Source: a virus
Length of the DNA stretch: 64,000 nt
Reading direction: 5' to 3' (one strand)
IMG/VR virus record: IMGVR_UViG_3300009514_000374
Coordinates: 1 to 64,000 of that record
Below, one piece after another: positions 54,929 through 64,000 of the stretch. Numbering within the stretch: the stretch's first letter is position 1; each line of letters begins with the position of its first letter. Made by a program: the position numbers and the translations under genes. Under the pieces are notes generated by a model. The model was not told where the DNA came from and searched no databases. It worked only from the letters and a program-made list of their open reading frames with translations.

Positions 54929-55453
54929 GTGGACGAGAAGCCCACTGTGATGCTCCTAGAGGGCGTTTTCTACGAGGGTGACGACGGAACCCTGATGGTG
55001 GCCGATCACAAGCTCGGGGCCGTGAGCGTGGACGACGCGCTTACACCGCTGATTGGGCGCAAGGTGGTCCTGGTCGTTCACCACAAGCCCCCTGAGCCTG
55101 CCGACGAGGGAAGGTGGGCTGGTGGGGCCTGCATGTACGAACCCTCTGGTGAGTGTCCCTGCGGCCATCACGAGCGAAAAGGTTGGCTCTACACCTACCA
55201 CCACGCGGGTACTTTGGATTGGGACGGATCGAAATGGGCCGTCACAACTGACCAGGGGAGACAAGAGCCGTGGCTCGCGTCACTTGTCGGACATCGATCG
55301 CAGATCGTGATTTCCGCACTCCCCGACGTTGAGAAGCTGAAAGAGGATCTGAACCTCGGCGAACAGCCGACGAAGATCGAGGATCTTGAGGAACGAATTA
55401 CCAAACTGCGTGACCTGTTCGTGGCAGTCGATGAAATGAAGGACAAGCTGTAG
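54929..55453 (+). CDS. Hypothetical protein
   Basis: ORF heading the recombination operon. Confidence 0.65.
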   Translation: MDEKPTVMLLEGVFYEGDDGTLMVADHKLGAVSVDDALTPLIGRKVVLVVHHKPPEPADEGRWAGGACMYEPSGECPCGHHERKGWLYTYHHAGTLDWDGSKWAVTTDQGRQEPWLASLVGHRSQIVISALPDVEKLKEDLNLGEQPTKIEDLEERITKLRDLFVAVDEMKDKL

Positions 55454-57832
55454 GTGGCCGAGCATTTTTCAGGGCGGGTTACGTCCGTTGTTTTCGCTAA
55501 CGAGGCGCAGTCGTTCTACGTGCTCCGCGTCAAGTTGGATGCGGCCGACGACGGCGGTTGGATCGACACGAGCAGATTCGTGGCGAGCACGGTTGTCGTG
55601 AAAGGGACGATTCCTGGCCTCACGATGGACAGCGGCTCCTGGTTCGGCTTTGAGGGTAAGTGGATCACGCACCCGGAGTACGGGAGGCAACTGGAGATTG
55701 TGCGAGCCCCCGTGCTCAACGGCCCGTGGACTCCCGAGAATGCGATCAAGATCCTTAGCTCGCATGGCATTGGGCAATTCACCTGTCAACGGATCGCGGA
55801 CCATTTCGGTGACGGTCTGATCGAGGCGTTGTCTGACGATGCCAAGCTGGCCGAGGTCAACGGGCTCACTGAATTCGACGCGCTCCACATCTCGTCACGA
55901 TGGCGGGCTGTGCGAGCAATGTTCCAGACGCTCACGTTCCTGTCGGATCTGAAACTGCCCAAGACCAAGGTGGATCAGGTGTGGGCGAAATTCGGAGACG
56001 ATGCTGAACAGATCCTCGCCGAAAACCCTTGGCGACTCACCGAGATTGACGGGATCACGTTCAAGCAGGCGGACGAGGTTGCCAAGAAGATGGGGCTCGA
56101 CCTCAACAGCCCTTACCGGCTCAAGGGAGCCATGCTCGCCTCGGTCAAGACGCAGCGCGGCATGGGTCATCTCTACATGACCTCGGGGGAGGTCTTGGCG
56201 ACGACGCAGCAGTTGGTCTACGACGCGACCGTTCAGGATGTCGCCGTGGCGATCAAAGAGTGCCATCTGGAGGGCTCGCTCGTGCTCGACCGTGAAACCC
56301 GGCCGGGGACGACTGCGATCTACGAGCCTTGGCTGCACCGGGTCGAGGTCGAGTCAGCGATTGAGCTTGCCGAGCGGCACGAGACCGCCCGGTTGACCGA
56401 GGACCAGATTCTTTCGTACACGAAAATGCTCGGGAGCGTGGGCAAGAAAACCATGGAGGTCGCGGAGGCCCATCCTTCCGACATCGAGGTCGTGGCCCAA
56501 TCCGCCATCGCGGAATGGTCGAGCACGTCGAAGCTCACGTTGTCCGCGTCCCAAATGAAGGGCGGGGTGAACGCCCTGATCCACCCCGTTTCGATCATCA
56601 CCGGCTTGCCGGGCACGGGTAAGACGACCCTGCTCAAGACCGTCGTGAAGGTGCTCCAAGATGCGGAGGTTCCTTTCCTGCTTGTCGCCCCAACCGGGAT
56701 CGCCGCCAAGCGTGTGATGTCCGTGACGGGCGCGGAGGCGTCCACGATCCATCGAGCGTTCCAAGCAAGCGGGATGGATATGGACGATGATCGTGAGGCT
56801 ACCTATGCAGGGATCGTGGGGCATTCGGCCGATGACGTTGGGGCAGATGGCTCTGACGAGGTGTGGGGGTACTCGTCCCACAACCCCCACCCGGCCGAGG
56901 TGGTGATCGTGGACGAGTCCTCGATGGTCGATCAGCACGTTCTGTACCGGCTGCTCTCCTGCACGTCGAAAAAGTGCCGACTCGTGTTCGTAGGCGATGC
57001 GGCGCAGTTGCCTTCCGTGGGGCCGGGGAACGTGCTCCGTGATCTGATCGAGTGCGGGGAGTTTCCCGTCACCGATCTGCGTGAGATTTTCCGTCAAGAG
57101 GATACGAGCGACATCGTGACGGCCGCCCATGCAATTCATGCGGGTGTGGTCCCCGAGGTCGGCAAGAAGGGGTCTGATTTCACCCTGATCGAGATGCGAA
57201 ACGACGCGGACATTCTCGCGGCCATTCTGAAAGCTGTGAGCAAGCTGTATGCTGCTCATGCGAATTTTCAGGTGCTTTCACCCCGCCACGCCGGGACGCT
57301 CGGGGTTACGAACCTGAACAGTCGAATTCGTGAGGTGCTAAATCCCAAATCGCCGGGTGTGCAGGAGATGCGTCTCGGATCAGAAACGATCCGAGAGGGC
57401 GATCGGGTGATGGTGGTCAAGAACAACTACCGCTATGACATTTTCAACGGCGACGTGGGGAAAGTGATGAACCTTGATCGGAAAGAGAAAGAGGTTTCGG
57501 TCAAGATTCACGGGCCGCCGAGCGTAACTGTCCGTCTGCCGTTCAAAGAGGCGCCGTCACACCTTCGCCTGGCCTACACCATGACGGTCCACAAAAGCCA
57601 GGGGCAGGAGTACGACACGATCCTTTTGCCTTGGGTCACGTCGTTTTCCCGACAGCTACAACGAAACCTGATCTACACGGGCATCACCCGTGCCCGGAAA
57701 AAGGTGGTGCTGTTCGGCCAAACCCGTGCGCTCGCCAAGGCCATCGCCAATAACAAGGTGGATGCTCGCAACACCCTGTTCCCAGACCGTCTTGGAGCGC
57801 TGATAGGAGCCCATGGGGAGCCCTCGGAGTAG
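55454..57832 (+). CDS. recD2: RecD2-like SF1B helicase
   Basis: HPEYGRQ, ENPW..GITFKQAD, GLPGTGKT, APTG.AA, DESSM, GDAAQL, FRQ, TVHKSQG, YTGITRA. Confidence 0.93.
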   Translation: MAEHFSGRVTSVVFANEAQSFYVLRVKLDAADDGGWIDTSRFVASTVVVKGTIPGLTMDSGSWFGFEGKWITHPEYGRQLEIVRAPVLNGPWTPENAIKILSSHGIGQFTCQRIADHFGDGLIEALSDDAKLAEVNGLTEFDALHISSRWRAVRAMFQTLTFLSDLKLPKTKVDQVWAKFGDDAEQILAENPWRLTEIDGITFKQADEVAKKMGLDLNSPYRLKGAMLASVKTQRGMGHLYMTSGEVLATTQQLVYDATVQDVAVAIKECHLEGSLVLDRETRPGTTAIYEPWLHRVEVESAIELAERHETARLTEDQILSYTKMLGSVGKKTMEVAEAHPSDIEVVAQSAIAEWSSTSKLTLSASQMKGGVNALIHPVSIITGLPGTGKTTLLKTVVKVLQDAEVPFLLVAPTGIAAKRVMSVTGAEASTIHRAFQASGMDMDDDREATYAGIVGHSADDVGADGSDEVWGYSSHNPHPAEVVIVDESSMVDQHVLYRLLSCTSKKCRLVFVGDAAQLPSVGPGNVLRDLIECGEFPVTDLREIFRQEDTSDIVTAAHAIHAGVVPEVGKKGSDFTLIEMRNDADILAAILKAVSKLYAAHANFQVLSPRHAGTLGVTNLNSRIREVLNPKSPGVQEMRLGSETIREGDRVMVVKNNYRYDIFNGDVGKVMNLDRKEKEVSVKIHGPPSVTVRLPFKEAPSHLRLAYTMTVHKSQGQEYDTILLPWVTSFSRQLQRNLIYTGITRARKKVVLFGQTRALAKAIANNKVDARNTLFPDRLGALIGAHGEPSE

Positions 57833-57895
57833 GCGGAAAAAACTCGTGACGAGGACGCTCACTCTGCCTCGGGTCGGAGTAGGAGTTAGAGAGCG

Positions 57896-58267
57896 ATGAC
57901 CAAGGACGAGATCAAACAACGCCTGGCCTCGATCGAATCGAAGATTCGGGTGACGAAAGTTGTGGCTACCCGTTCGGTCAAGGGGAAGGGGGGCGATGTT
58001 TTCGCTGGTTTTTCTGCCGGGTGGGAGTCGGTTCAGGACGACAGCGCCATGGTGGTCGAGGACAGCGACGTGACGAGCCAGGGCATGACCTTGGACGAGG
58101 CACGGATCGCTCACCTGATCGTTGCGCAAGCTGCCGACATCGCAGCCCACGAACAAGCCCTGGCGACGGGTAGCATCTCGACTGAATTTTTCAGGGACCG
58201 CGTGCGAGGACTCCAAACAAACTACGCGAAACTGATCGCACACGCGATGGGAGTTCCCCATGGCTGA
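57896..58267 (+). CDS. Hypothetical protein
   Basis: ORF in operon. Confidence 0.65.
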   Translation: MTKDEIKQRLASIESKIRVTKVVATRSVKGKGGDVFAGFSAGWESVQDDSAMVVEDSDVTSQGMTLDEARIAHLIVAQAADIAAHEQALATGSISTEFFRDRVRGLQTNYAKLIAHAMGVPHG

Positions 58268-59069
58268 TCTGAACCCGCAAGCGCCTATCGTGGACGAGGC
58301 TCGGATCAAGCGGGTCTACGACGAGTTGAAAAGGCTCAACATGGATCTGGACCCGGATCCCTTGGAGCTTGGTCCGAAACGGATGAACAACAAGCTCGCC
58401 AAGGTCCGTAACATGATCAAGCGGTGCGTGGACATCGAGCTACAGGTTGCAGAGGATCTGCACTGGTTCAAACGCACCCTCAATCGCCAACAGGGCCACT
58501 ACGAGCTTGAATTCCAAGACTTGATCGCCAACGACCCCCATGTTCGTGCGGGTCGGAACATCCAAGACCGTGAGGCCGTGGCGAAGGTCCGCCTGTCTGA
58601 GCGGTACAAGGCGATTCGCCATTTGGAGGAAAGCGTTAGTGACCTGGAGGCGATGCTTGTCGTGGTGCGGACCAAGGCGAAGGATCTGCGGGACACACAG
58701 AGCCGCCTCAAGGACCAATTTAAGATCTGTGAGCACGAGCTTGGTCTCGGGTCCAGGTGGGGCAAGCACAAGCCCACCGTGTTCGATGACGAGCCTCGTG
58801 CGACGGCTGCGGATGCCCACGACATCGACAGCCTGCTCAACGAGGTCGATGCCGCAGTGCCGGAGACACCCAACCACGGCATCGAGCAGAATGTCGAGGC
58901 TGCGGCCGAGGCGCTGCCGGGAACGGCCTCTAGCGACGAGACTGACTCGTTTCTTGACTCGCTCAATGACCTCGGTAAATCCGAGGACGCGGCACAGGAA
59001 ACTCCTGTGCCGCTACACACACAGACAGATGGAGATGGAGTGATCGACAGCCTGCTCGATGACCTTTGA
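58260..59069 (+). CDS. Coiled-coil protein with acidic tail (possible recombination mediator)
   Basis: Long heptad region, ends DSLLDDL; function inferred from context only. Confidence 0.55.
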   Translation: MADLNPQAPIVDEARIKRVYDELKRLNMDLDPDPLELGPKRMNNKLAKVRNMIKRCVDIELQVAEDLHWFKRTLNRQQGHYELEFQDLIANDPHVRAGRNIQDREAVAKVRLSERYKAIRHLEESVSDLEAMLVVVRTKAKDLRDTQSRLKDQFKICEHELGLGSRWGKHKPTVFDDEPRATAADAHDIDSLLNEVDAAVPETPNHGIEQNVEAAAEALPGTASSDETDSFLDSLNDLGKSEDAAQETPVPLHTQTDGDGVIDSLLDDL

Positions 59070-59204
59070 GCAGGCCGGTATTGTCCGAAACCGCGCTGCA
59101 AACACGGAGCGCATAATCCCAAAAAGTGACTGCCCTAGTCCCGTCCTAGCCGACACGAACCCCGTGCAGTCATAGCAACACAGCAAAAAAGGAGCACATT
59201 CGTC

Positions 59205-59942
59205 ATGTCAGACGACAACTTTACCGAATTCAGTTTCGACCAAGGCGACGACGCCGTTCAGACGCGCGCCAAGAAATTCAAGGGCGAGGAAGGGCGGATC
59301 TACCGCTTGTCCTTCGTCTGGTTTGAGGGCCTGGACGACGGCGCCGACGCTCTGCTCAAGAGCATGTCTGCCGGGGACGACGAAAAGGACCCGGCCCCGA
59401 AATTCATCGGGGCCAAGCGCCACTACAAGCCTGGCGCGGGCTACTTTCTCCACAAGGGGCCGGAGTACAGCAAGATCGCTGGCGGCCCCCCCAAGATGCA
59501 GGTGGCGACGATCATCGTGTCCTGGCCTTGCGATTCCAAAGGCAACGTCACGTCCATTGACCAGCCTCCTGCGGTCATGCCGTGGATCTTTTCGGCGGAC
59601 AAGTACGATGCGATCAAGGGCAACCACGGGCAGTTCCCTTTCGGGAAGCATGACCTGATCGCCAAATGCACGCGCGCTCAGTTTCAGAATTTCACGTTCA
59701 CGCCCGCGAAGAACAACGCGGTGCGGAAGCTGATCGAAAGCGGCAAGGCGCCCGCGATCATCGACCATATCATCGACTCCGCGATCGAGATCAAGGGTAA
59801 TATCAAGAACGAGATTGCCCGTGATCTCACCATTGATCAGATCCGCGAGAAGCTCGGGGAGGAAGGCTCGTCCCCGGTTGGCGACGTGGCCCCGGCGACG
59901 AACGCGGACATCGACAACGCCCTGGACGGGATCCTCGACTAG
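59205..59942 (+). CDS. Putative single-stranded DNA-binding protein (gp32-like)
   Basis: Aromatic-rich core, HDL..T..QFQ..F, acidic tail DIDNALDGILD, position before ruvC/recA. Confidence 0.55.
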   Translation: MSDDNFTEFSFDQGDDAVQTRAKKFKGEEGRIYRLSFVWFEGLDDGADALLKSMSAGDDEKDPAPKFIGAKRHYKPGAGYFLHKGPEYSKIAGGPPKMQVATIIVSWPCDSKGNVTSIDQPPAVMPWIFSADKYDAIKGNHGQFPFGKHDLIAKCTRAQFQNFTFTPAKNNAVRKLIESGKAPAIIDHIIDSAIEIKGNIKNEIARDLTIDQIREKLGEEGSSPVGDVAPATNADIDNALDGILD

Positions 59943-59963
59943 CCCCTCTCGGTGGGAGGGGTC

Positions 59964-60611
59964 GTGATCGTTCTCGGTCTGGACCCCTCCCTCACCAACT
60001 TTGGTTGGTGCCTCCACGACACGAACGGCAAAGACAATGCCGCAGTTGTGGATAGGGGGCGCTGGAAAACCCCCGCGAAGATGGAATTCATCGACCGCTA
60101 CATGCAGATGCGGTCGTGGCTCCAAGAGAAGATCAAGGAGTCGAAGCCCGATTTCATGGGCATCGAGTATCCGGTTTTCAACGATCTGTGGTCTGAGGGA
60201 ATGTACGGTCTGTTTCTATACTCGTGTGAGGCGATCAAATCGCAGGGTCAGGACGTGGTGTTCTTTTCGCCCGGCCAGATCAAGGCCCACGCACGACATT
60301 TCATCGCCCGCCCGAAGGGGTGGAAGATGGGCAAGCCCGATATGGTCGAGGCATCCAAAAAGGCCGCTGGCGGTGGGCGGTGGAACCACAACGAGGCTGA
60401 TGCCTTTTGGGTCGCCCGCACGGCAGGTCGGTTTTGGGAATTCCAATTGGGAAACTTGGAGGTTGACGACCTCACCCCTCTTGAGCGCAAACAGTTTACT
60501 GAGATTCACACGTACAAACGAGGAAAGCGTGCCGGAGAAACCGTGAAGCGCGGGATCGTACACCGCGAGGACGAACGGTTTTTCAGGTGGTCGAGGTCCA
60601 ACGATGGCTAA
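59964..60611 (+). CDS. ruvC: RuvC-like Holliday junction resolvase
   Basis: VLGLDPSLTNFGW..GIE..P.QIK..K..NEADA. Confidence 0.88.
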   Translation: MIVLGLDPSLTNFGWCLHDTNGKDNAAVVDRGRWKTPAKMEFIDRYMQMRSWLQEKIKESKPDFMGIEYPVFNDLWSEGMYGLFLYSCEAIKSQGQDVVFFSPGQIKAHARHFIARPKGWKMGKPDMVEASKKAAGGGRWNHNEADAFWVARTAGRFWEFQLGNLEVDDLTPLERKQFTEIHTYKRGKRAGETVKRGIVHREDERFFRWSRSNDG

Positions 60612-61821
60612 GAAAAAGACGACAAAAAAGGCCCCGGCCAAGCAAAAGACCACGAGTACCAAGACGAGTGGTAGCCCGTTGCTGGCTGCTCAAGCGGTGC
60701 TCGACAAGGCCCTGCCGGACAAGGATTGGAGGACCGACCTGGACCCCGCCTCGTTGCGTCAGAGTCTCCCTCACCTTCCCACGGGCAGTCTTACGGTGGA
60801 CTACCTGATCGGAGGCAAGCCTAACGATTTCGGGGTCGCCCCGTGTCCAGGGATGCCGCGTGGTCGGATCATGCAGCTTTACGGGCACGAGGGTTCGGGC
60901 AAGACCACCCTGGCGCTCACGTTGGCTGCGACCACCTGCGACAACGGGGGCACCGTCTGCTTCATTGATTGGGAGAACGAGATTGTCCCGTACTACGCGA
61001 AGGCGCTCGGTGTTCCGATCGAGGACAAGACCAAGTTCACGCTTGCCGTTCCTGAAACGCTGGAGCAGGGCATCGTGATCGCGTACACGATGGCGAAGCA
61101 CGGCGTCGATCTGATCGTGTTCGACTCGGTGGGCGCAGGCATCCCCAAGAAGCAGTTGGAGGGCAAGCTGGAGGAAATGGCCGACCTTGGCCGCATTGGG
61201 CTCAACGCGGCCATCTGGTCGAACACCCTGCCCAAGCTGAAATCCGTCGCCATGCGCACGGGCACCTCGATCATCGGCATCTCGCAGCTACGCGAGAACA
61301 TCAACACGTCGGGCTACGGCGAAACCTCCAACGCGCAGGGAGGCAAGGCGTGGCGCTTTTACTCGGCCCTACGAGTCAAGCTCGCGCGGATCAAGACCGA
61401 AAAGGCAACGCACACCAATTCTCTGACCAACAAGAAAGAGGACAAGGTGGTCGGGGCGGTGATCAAGGTCAAGCTCGACAAGTGCAAGGTGTCGCCGCAA
61501 CAGGGCAACGAAGAGGTCATGTACATCCGTCAGGGCGAGGGTATTGACGACTACCGCACGATCATCGAGGTGGGTATCGCCTATGGCATCGTCAAGAAGG
61601 GCGGCGCCTGGATCGAGTGGGCTTCGCCGGATGGAGCGCACCATGTCAAGCGGCAGGGCATGGATCGGTTCCGCAAGACCATGCTGGAAACGGAAGGGGC
61701 CTTTCAAGCCCTGTACGGTCAGATCCTCCCTTACCTCGGTGCGACGACGACTCCGATCGAGGACGACGACGAGGACGAGCCACCGGGCATTGACGCCGAC
61801 ATTGAGGATCTGCTGGCGTGA
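60604..61821 (+). CDS. recA: RecA/UvsX recombinase
   Basis: PTGS, GMPRGRI, GHEGSGKTT, FIDWE, DSV, SQLRE, GGKAWRFYS. Confidence 0.95.
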   Translation: MAKKKTTKKAPAKQKTTSTKTSGSPLLAAQAVLDKALPDKDWRTDLDPASLRQSLPHLPTGSLTVDYLIGGKPNDFGVAPCPGMPRGRIMQLYGHEGSGKTTLALTLAATTCDNGGTVCFIDWENEIVPYYAKALGVPIEDKTKFTLAVPETLEQGIVIAYTMAKHGVDLIVFDSVGAGIPKKQLEGKLEEMADLGRIGLNAAIWSNTLPKLKSVAMRTGTSIIGISQLRENINTSGYGETSNAQGGKAWRFYSALRVKLARIKTEKATHTNSLTNKKEDKVVGAVIKVKLDKCKVSPQQGNEEVMYIRQGEGIDDYRTIIEVGIAYGIVKKGGAWIEWASPDGAHHVKRQGMDRFRKTMLETEGAFQALYGQILPYLGATTTPIEDDDEDEPPGIDADIEDLLA

Positions 61822-62921
61822 TCAGGGTTCACGTCAAGAATTTCCAGAGCATCGCAGATGCCACGGTCGAGATTGACGGGTTCACCGTCATTACCGGCAC
61901 GAACAACACTGGCAAATCTGCGCTCATGCGGGCAATTCATGGCGTGTTCACGAACCCGGCTCCGGGGTCCATCGTCCGTACCGGCGCGGATTTCTGCTCG
62001 GTCAAACTTGAGTTCCCTGATGGGAATACGGTCAAGTGGGAGAAGGGCCACAAGGGGGTCAACCGCTACTGGCTCAACGACAGGTTCTTCGACAAGGTGG
62101 GCGCGGGCGTCCCTGACGAGATCCAAAAGCTCGGCTACTCGGCCATCGAGGTTGGAGGCAACCGCCTGTGGCCGCAGTTTGCCAAGCAAAAGAAGGGAGA
62201 CGTGTTCCTGCTCGACCTCCCCGGCTCGGCGGTTGCCGATGCGGTGGCGAACGTCGAGCGGATCCGTGTCCTGAACCATGCCTTGAAAGCCTGCGAATCG
62301 GAGCGGCGCACGGTCAACGGCGACCTCAAGCTGCGGCGCAAGGACGGCGAGAAGCTGGACGCGGCGGTTGAGAAATTCGAGGGGCTGGACGATGCAGTGG
62401 CTCTGCTCGATGGCTTGGCGGAGCAACGGGAGAAGGCCGAGAAGATGGTCAAGCTCCAAAAGCTGCTCTCCGGGTTGCAGGCGCAGATCGCCAAGGCCAC
62501 GGCGGGCATCGAGAAGCTGGACGGGTTCGACATCGCTAAGGGCACCTTGCCCGGTCAGGGCGTGCTGGACGAGATCAAGACCGTTCGCGCCGACCGTAAA
62601 GCCCTCACGGCGCTCAAGGGACGCCTGGAGACACGGAGAGAGCGAGTTGAGCACTGGCAAGGCGCTGCCGAGGTCGCCACCTCGGCCTCTCCAGGGGACG
62701 ACCAGACGGTTGTGCAGGCCAACAAGATCCGACAAGGGCGGAAGGTGCTGGTACGTCTGCAAAAAGGGATCGCCGATGGTCGCGCTGGTGTCGAGCGGGA
62801 GGAAAAACTGCTCGCTCAAAAGAAGGACGAGTTGAAACAAGCGGAGGCAGCCGTCGTGTTGATCCTCGGAGACTACGAGGACTGTCCGACCTGCGGAACG
62901 ACGCTACACGGAGCAGCATGA
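61818..62921 (+). CDS. sbcC: SbcC/Rad50-like ATPase, N-terminal half only
   Basis: KNFQS, GTNNTGKS, Q-loop, coiled coil, ends at CPTCG zinc hook. Confidence 0.8.
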   Translation: MIRVHVKNFQSIADATVEIDGFTVITGTNNTGKSALMRAIHGVFTNPAPGSIVRTGADFCSVKLEFPDGNTVKWEKGHKGVNRYWLNDRFFDKVGAGVPDEIQKLGYSAIEVGGNRLWPQFAKQKKGDVFLLDLPGSAVADAVANVERIRVLNHALKACESERRTVNGDLKLRRKDGEKLDAAVEKFEGLDDAVALLDGLAEQREKAEKMVKLQKLLSGLQAQIAKATAGIEKLDGFDIAKGTLPGQGVLDEIKTVRADRKALTALKGRLETRRERVEHWQGAAEVATSASPGDDQTVVQANKIRQGRKVLVRLQKGIADGRAGVEREEKLLAQKKDELKQAEAAVVLILGDYEDCPTCGTTLHGAA

Positions 62922-63280
62922 AGATCAAACTCAAAGCAGGAGACTACGACGCCACCCTCGACATCGGTGTGATGGAGGTTGAGCTTGTGGGGGCCTACAA
63001 CGGCGTCGGGATCCAAACGGACCAGGGCCACTTTGGCATCGCTCAGCGAGACTCCGGCATCGAGGTCTTGCTCGACGGTAAGACGGTGTTTGCCAGCCAC
63101 GACGATGTGGGCAAGCTCAGGACGCTTAATCAGGCCATCCTCGATTTCCGCGACGAGGTTCACGATGACAGTGACCCCGAGTGGGTCGTGGATCGGCTCA
63201 ACAGTTTGCGTGATCTGATCCCTGGCTGGATCAAGGCGGCGGATACGCCGACCGATATTGTCACCGAGGGTGGGGGATGA
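62918..63280 (+). CDS. Hypothetical protein
   Basis: ATGA-coupled on both sides. Confidence 0.65.
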   Translation: MKIKLKAGDYDATLDIGVMEVELVGAYNGVGIQTDQGHFGIAQRDSGIEVLLDGKTVFASHDDVGKLRTLNQAILDFRDEVHDDSDPEWVVDRLNSLRDLIPGWIKAADTPTDIVTEGGG

Positions 63281-64000
63281 TCCGATTCATCACGAGAACC
63301 GACGTTCACATTTCCGATCACACGCCCAAATCGCGGACGGATGATTGGACGGAGACTGTCGTGGGCAAGCTGCGGGAGGTTGGGCGCATCGCTCACCAGA
63401 CCAAGGCCACTGCGGTTCTCGACAACGGCGATTTCTTTGACGTGAAGGCGCCGACTCGGAACAGCCACTCGCTGACACGCGAGGTTGCTGATCTCCACAA
63501 CGAGTATCCCTGCTCCGTTTACGCGAACGTGGGCAACCACGATTGTACGCGACAGGACTACAGGTATCTGCCACAGCAGCCGCTCGGGGTGCTGTTTGCG
63601 ACCGGCGTGTTCAAGCGTTGCTACGACGAGCACGAACACGTTTTCATGGACGATGACGGGCTCACCGTGCGGGTCGTGGGCATCCCCTTCCACGGGGTCA
63701 AATACGACCTGGAGCGGTTCAAAATCGAGAAGGGCAAAGAGGACTACCTGCTCGTCATGGCGCACGTCCTGGCCTCCCCGACCGGGGGCTCGATGTTCGG
63801 GAACGAGGATGTGATCCGGTACACGGACCTGCTTGACCTGGCGCCGGATGTGGACGTGTGGCTGTTCGGCCATTGGCACAAGGACCAGGGCATCACGGAG
63901 GTCGCGGACGGGAAATGGATCATCAATATCGGCAGCCTCACCCGAGGCAGCCTCGCGTGGGACGACGTGGAACGGATCCCCGGCGTTGGGATCGTGACCT
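63277..64000 (+). CDS. sbcD: SbcD/Mre11-like metallophosphoesterase (runs off window end)
   Basis: Manual translation: TDVHIS, DNGDFFD, GNHD, MAH, GHWH, NIGS. Confidence 0.85.
   Translation, partial: MIRFITRTDVHISDHTPKSRTDDWTETVVGKLREVGRIAHQTKATAVLDNGDFFDVKAPTRNSHSLTREVADLHNEYPCSVYANVGNHDCTRQDYRYLPQQPLGVLFATGVFKRCYDEHEHVFMDDDGLTVRVVGIPFHGVKYDLERFKIEKGKEDYLLVMAHVLASPTGGSMFGNEDVIRYTDLLDLAPDVDVWLFGHWHKDQGITEVADGKWIINIGSLTRGSLAWDDVERIPGVGIVT

Noticed and set aside
50787-61821. Inteins or introns in nrdJ, recD2, recA
   Set aside because: Lengths and motif spacing look normal; no C..HN-C/S/T splice motifs or frame breaks seen.
1-64000. Stop-codon recoding or suppressor tRNA
   Set aside because: No CTA/TCA/TTA anticodon found; conserved genes are intact in the standard code and end at TAG, TGA or TAA.
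1-64000. Bacterial chromosome or integrated prophage boundary
   Set aside because: No housekeeping operons, integrase or att site; gene content and tRNA arrays fit a large phage throughout, though a megaplasmid-like element cannot be fully excluded because no capsid or terminase gene is in the window.

Overview
The window reads as a 64-kb segment of a large, GC-rich tailed-phage (jumbo-type) genome in the standard genetic code. No host housekeeping operons, rRNA or CRISPR were found. The left part has three tRNA clusters (20 tRNA genes grouped by amino acid, two with non-canonical folds, plus one tRNA-like element). These are interspersed with HNH/GIY-YIG nucleases, an RNase AS-like exonuclease, PIN-PhoH and a REC-PAS-GGDEF-EAL protein. 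Next come small unknown genes and a divergent MoxR-AAA/vWA pair. The right end is a replication/recombination module: Pol III delta'/delta-like, class II RNR, RecD2, SSB-like, RuvC, RecA, a half SbcC and SbcD. The most striking system lies at 26.5-45 kb, with outliers at 3.0 and 12.1 kb. Unrelated cargo domains (ADP-ribosyltransferase-like, ParB-like, papain-fold and HExxH peptidases, an alpha/beta hydrolase, a sigma-factor-like protein) carry shared short peptide tags, 'LRxxxIRLAH/Y(A/E)NPELRxxLLPLL' and 'RVAxR(Y/F)', with K/R-x-A at module junctions. This suggests a tag-addressed, possibly proteolytically processed virion-cargo system. Separately, an intergenic motif GGTTTCG-N16-CGT occurs nine times with fixed spacing (plus one shorter variant). 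It looks like the promoter regulon of one of two divergently encoded sigma-like proteins, one of which bears the tag. All protein calls are from motif recognition by eye; no database search was run.
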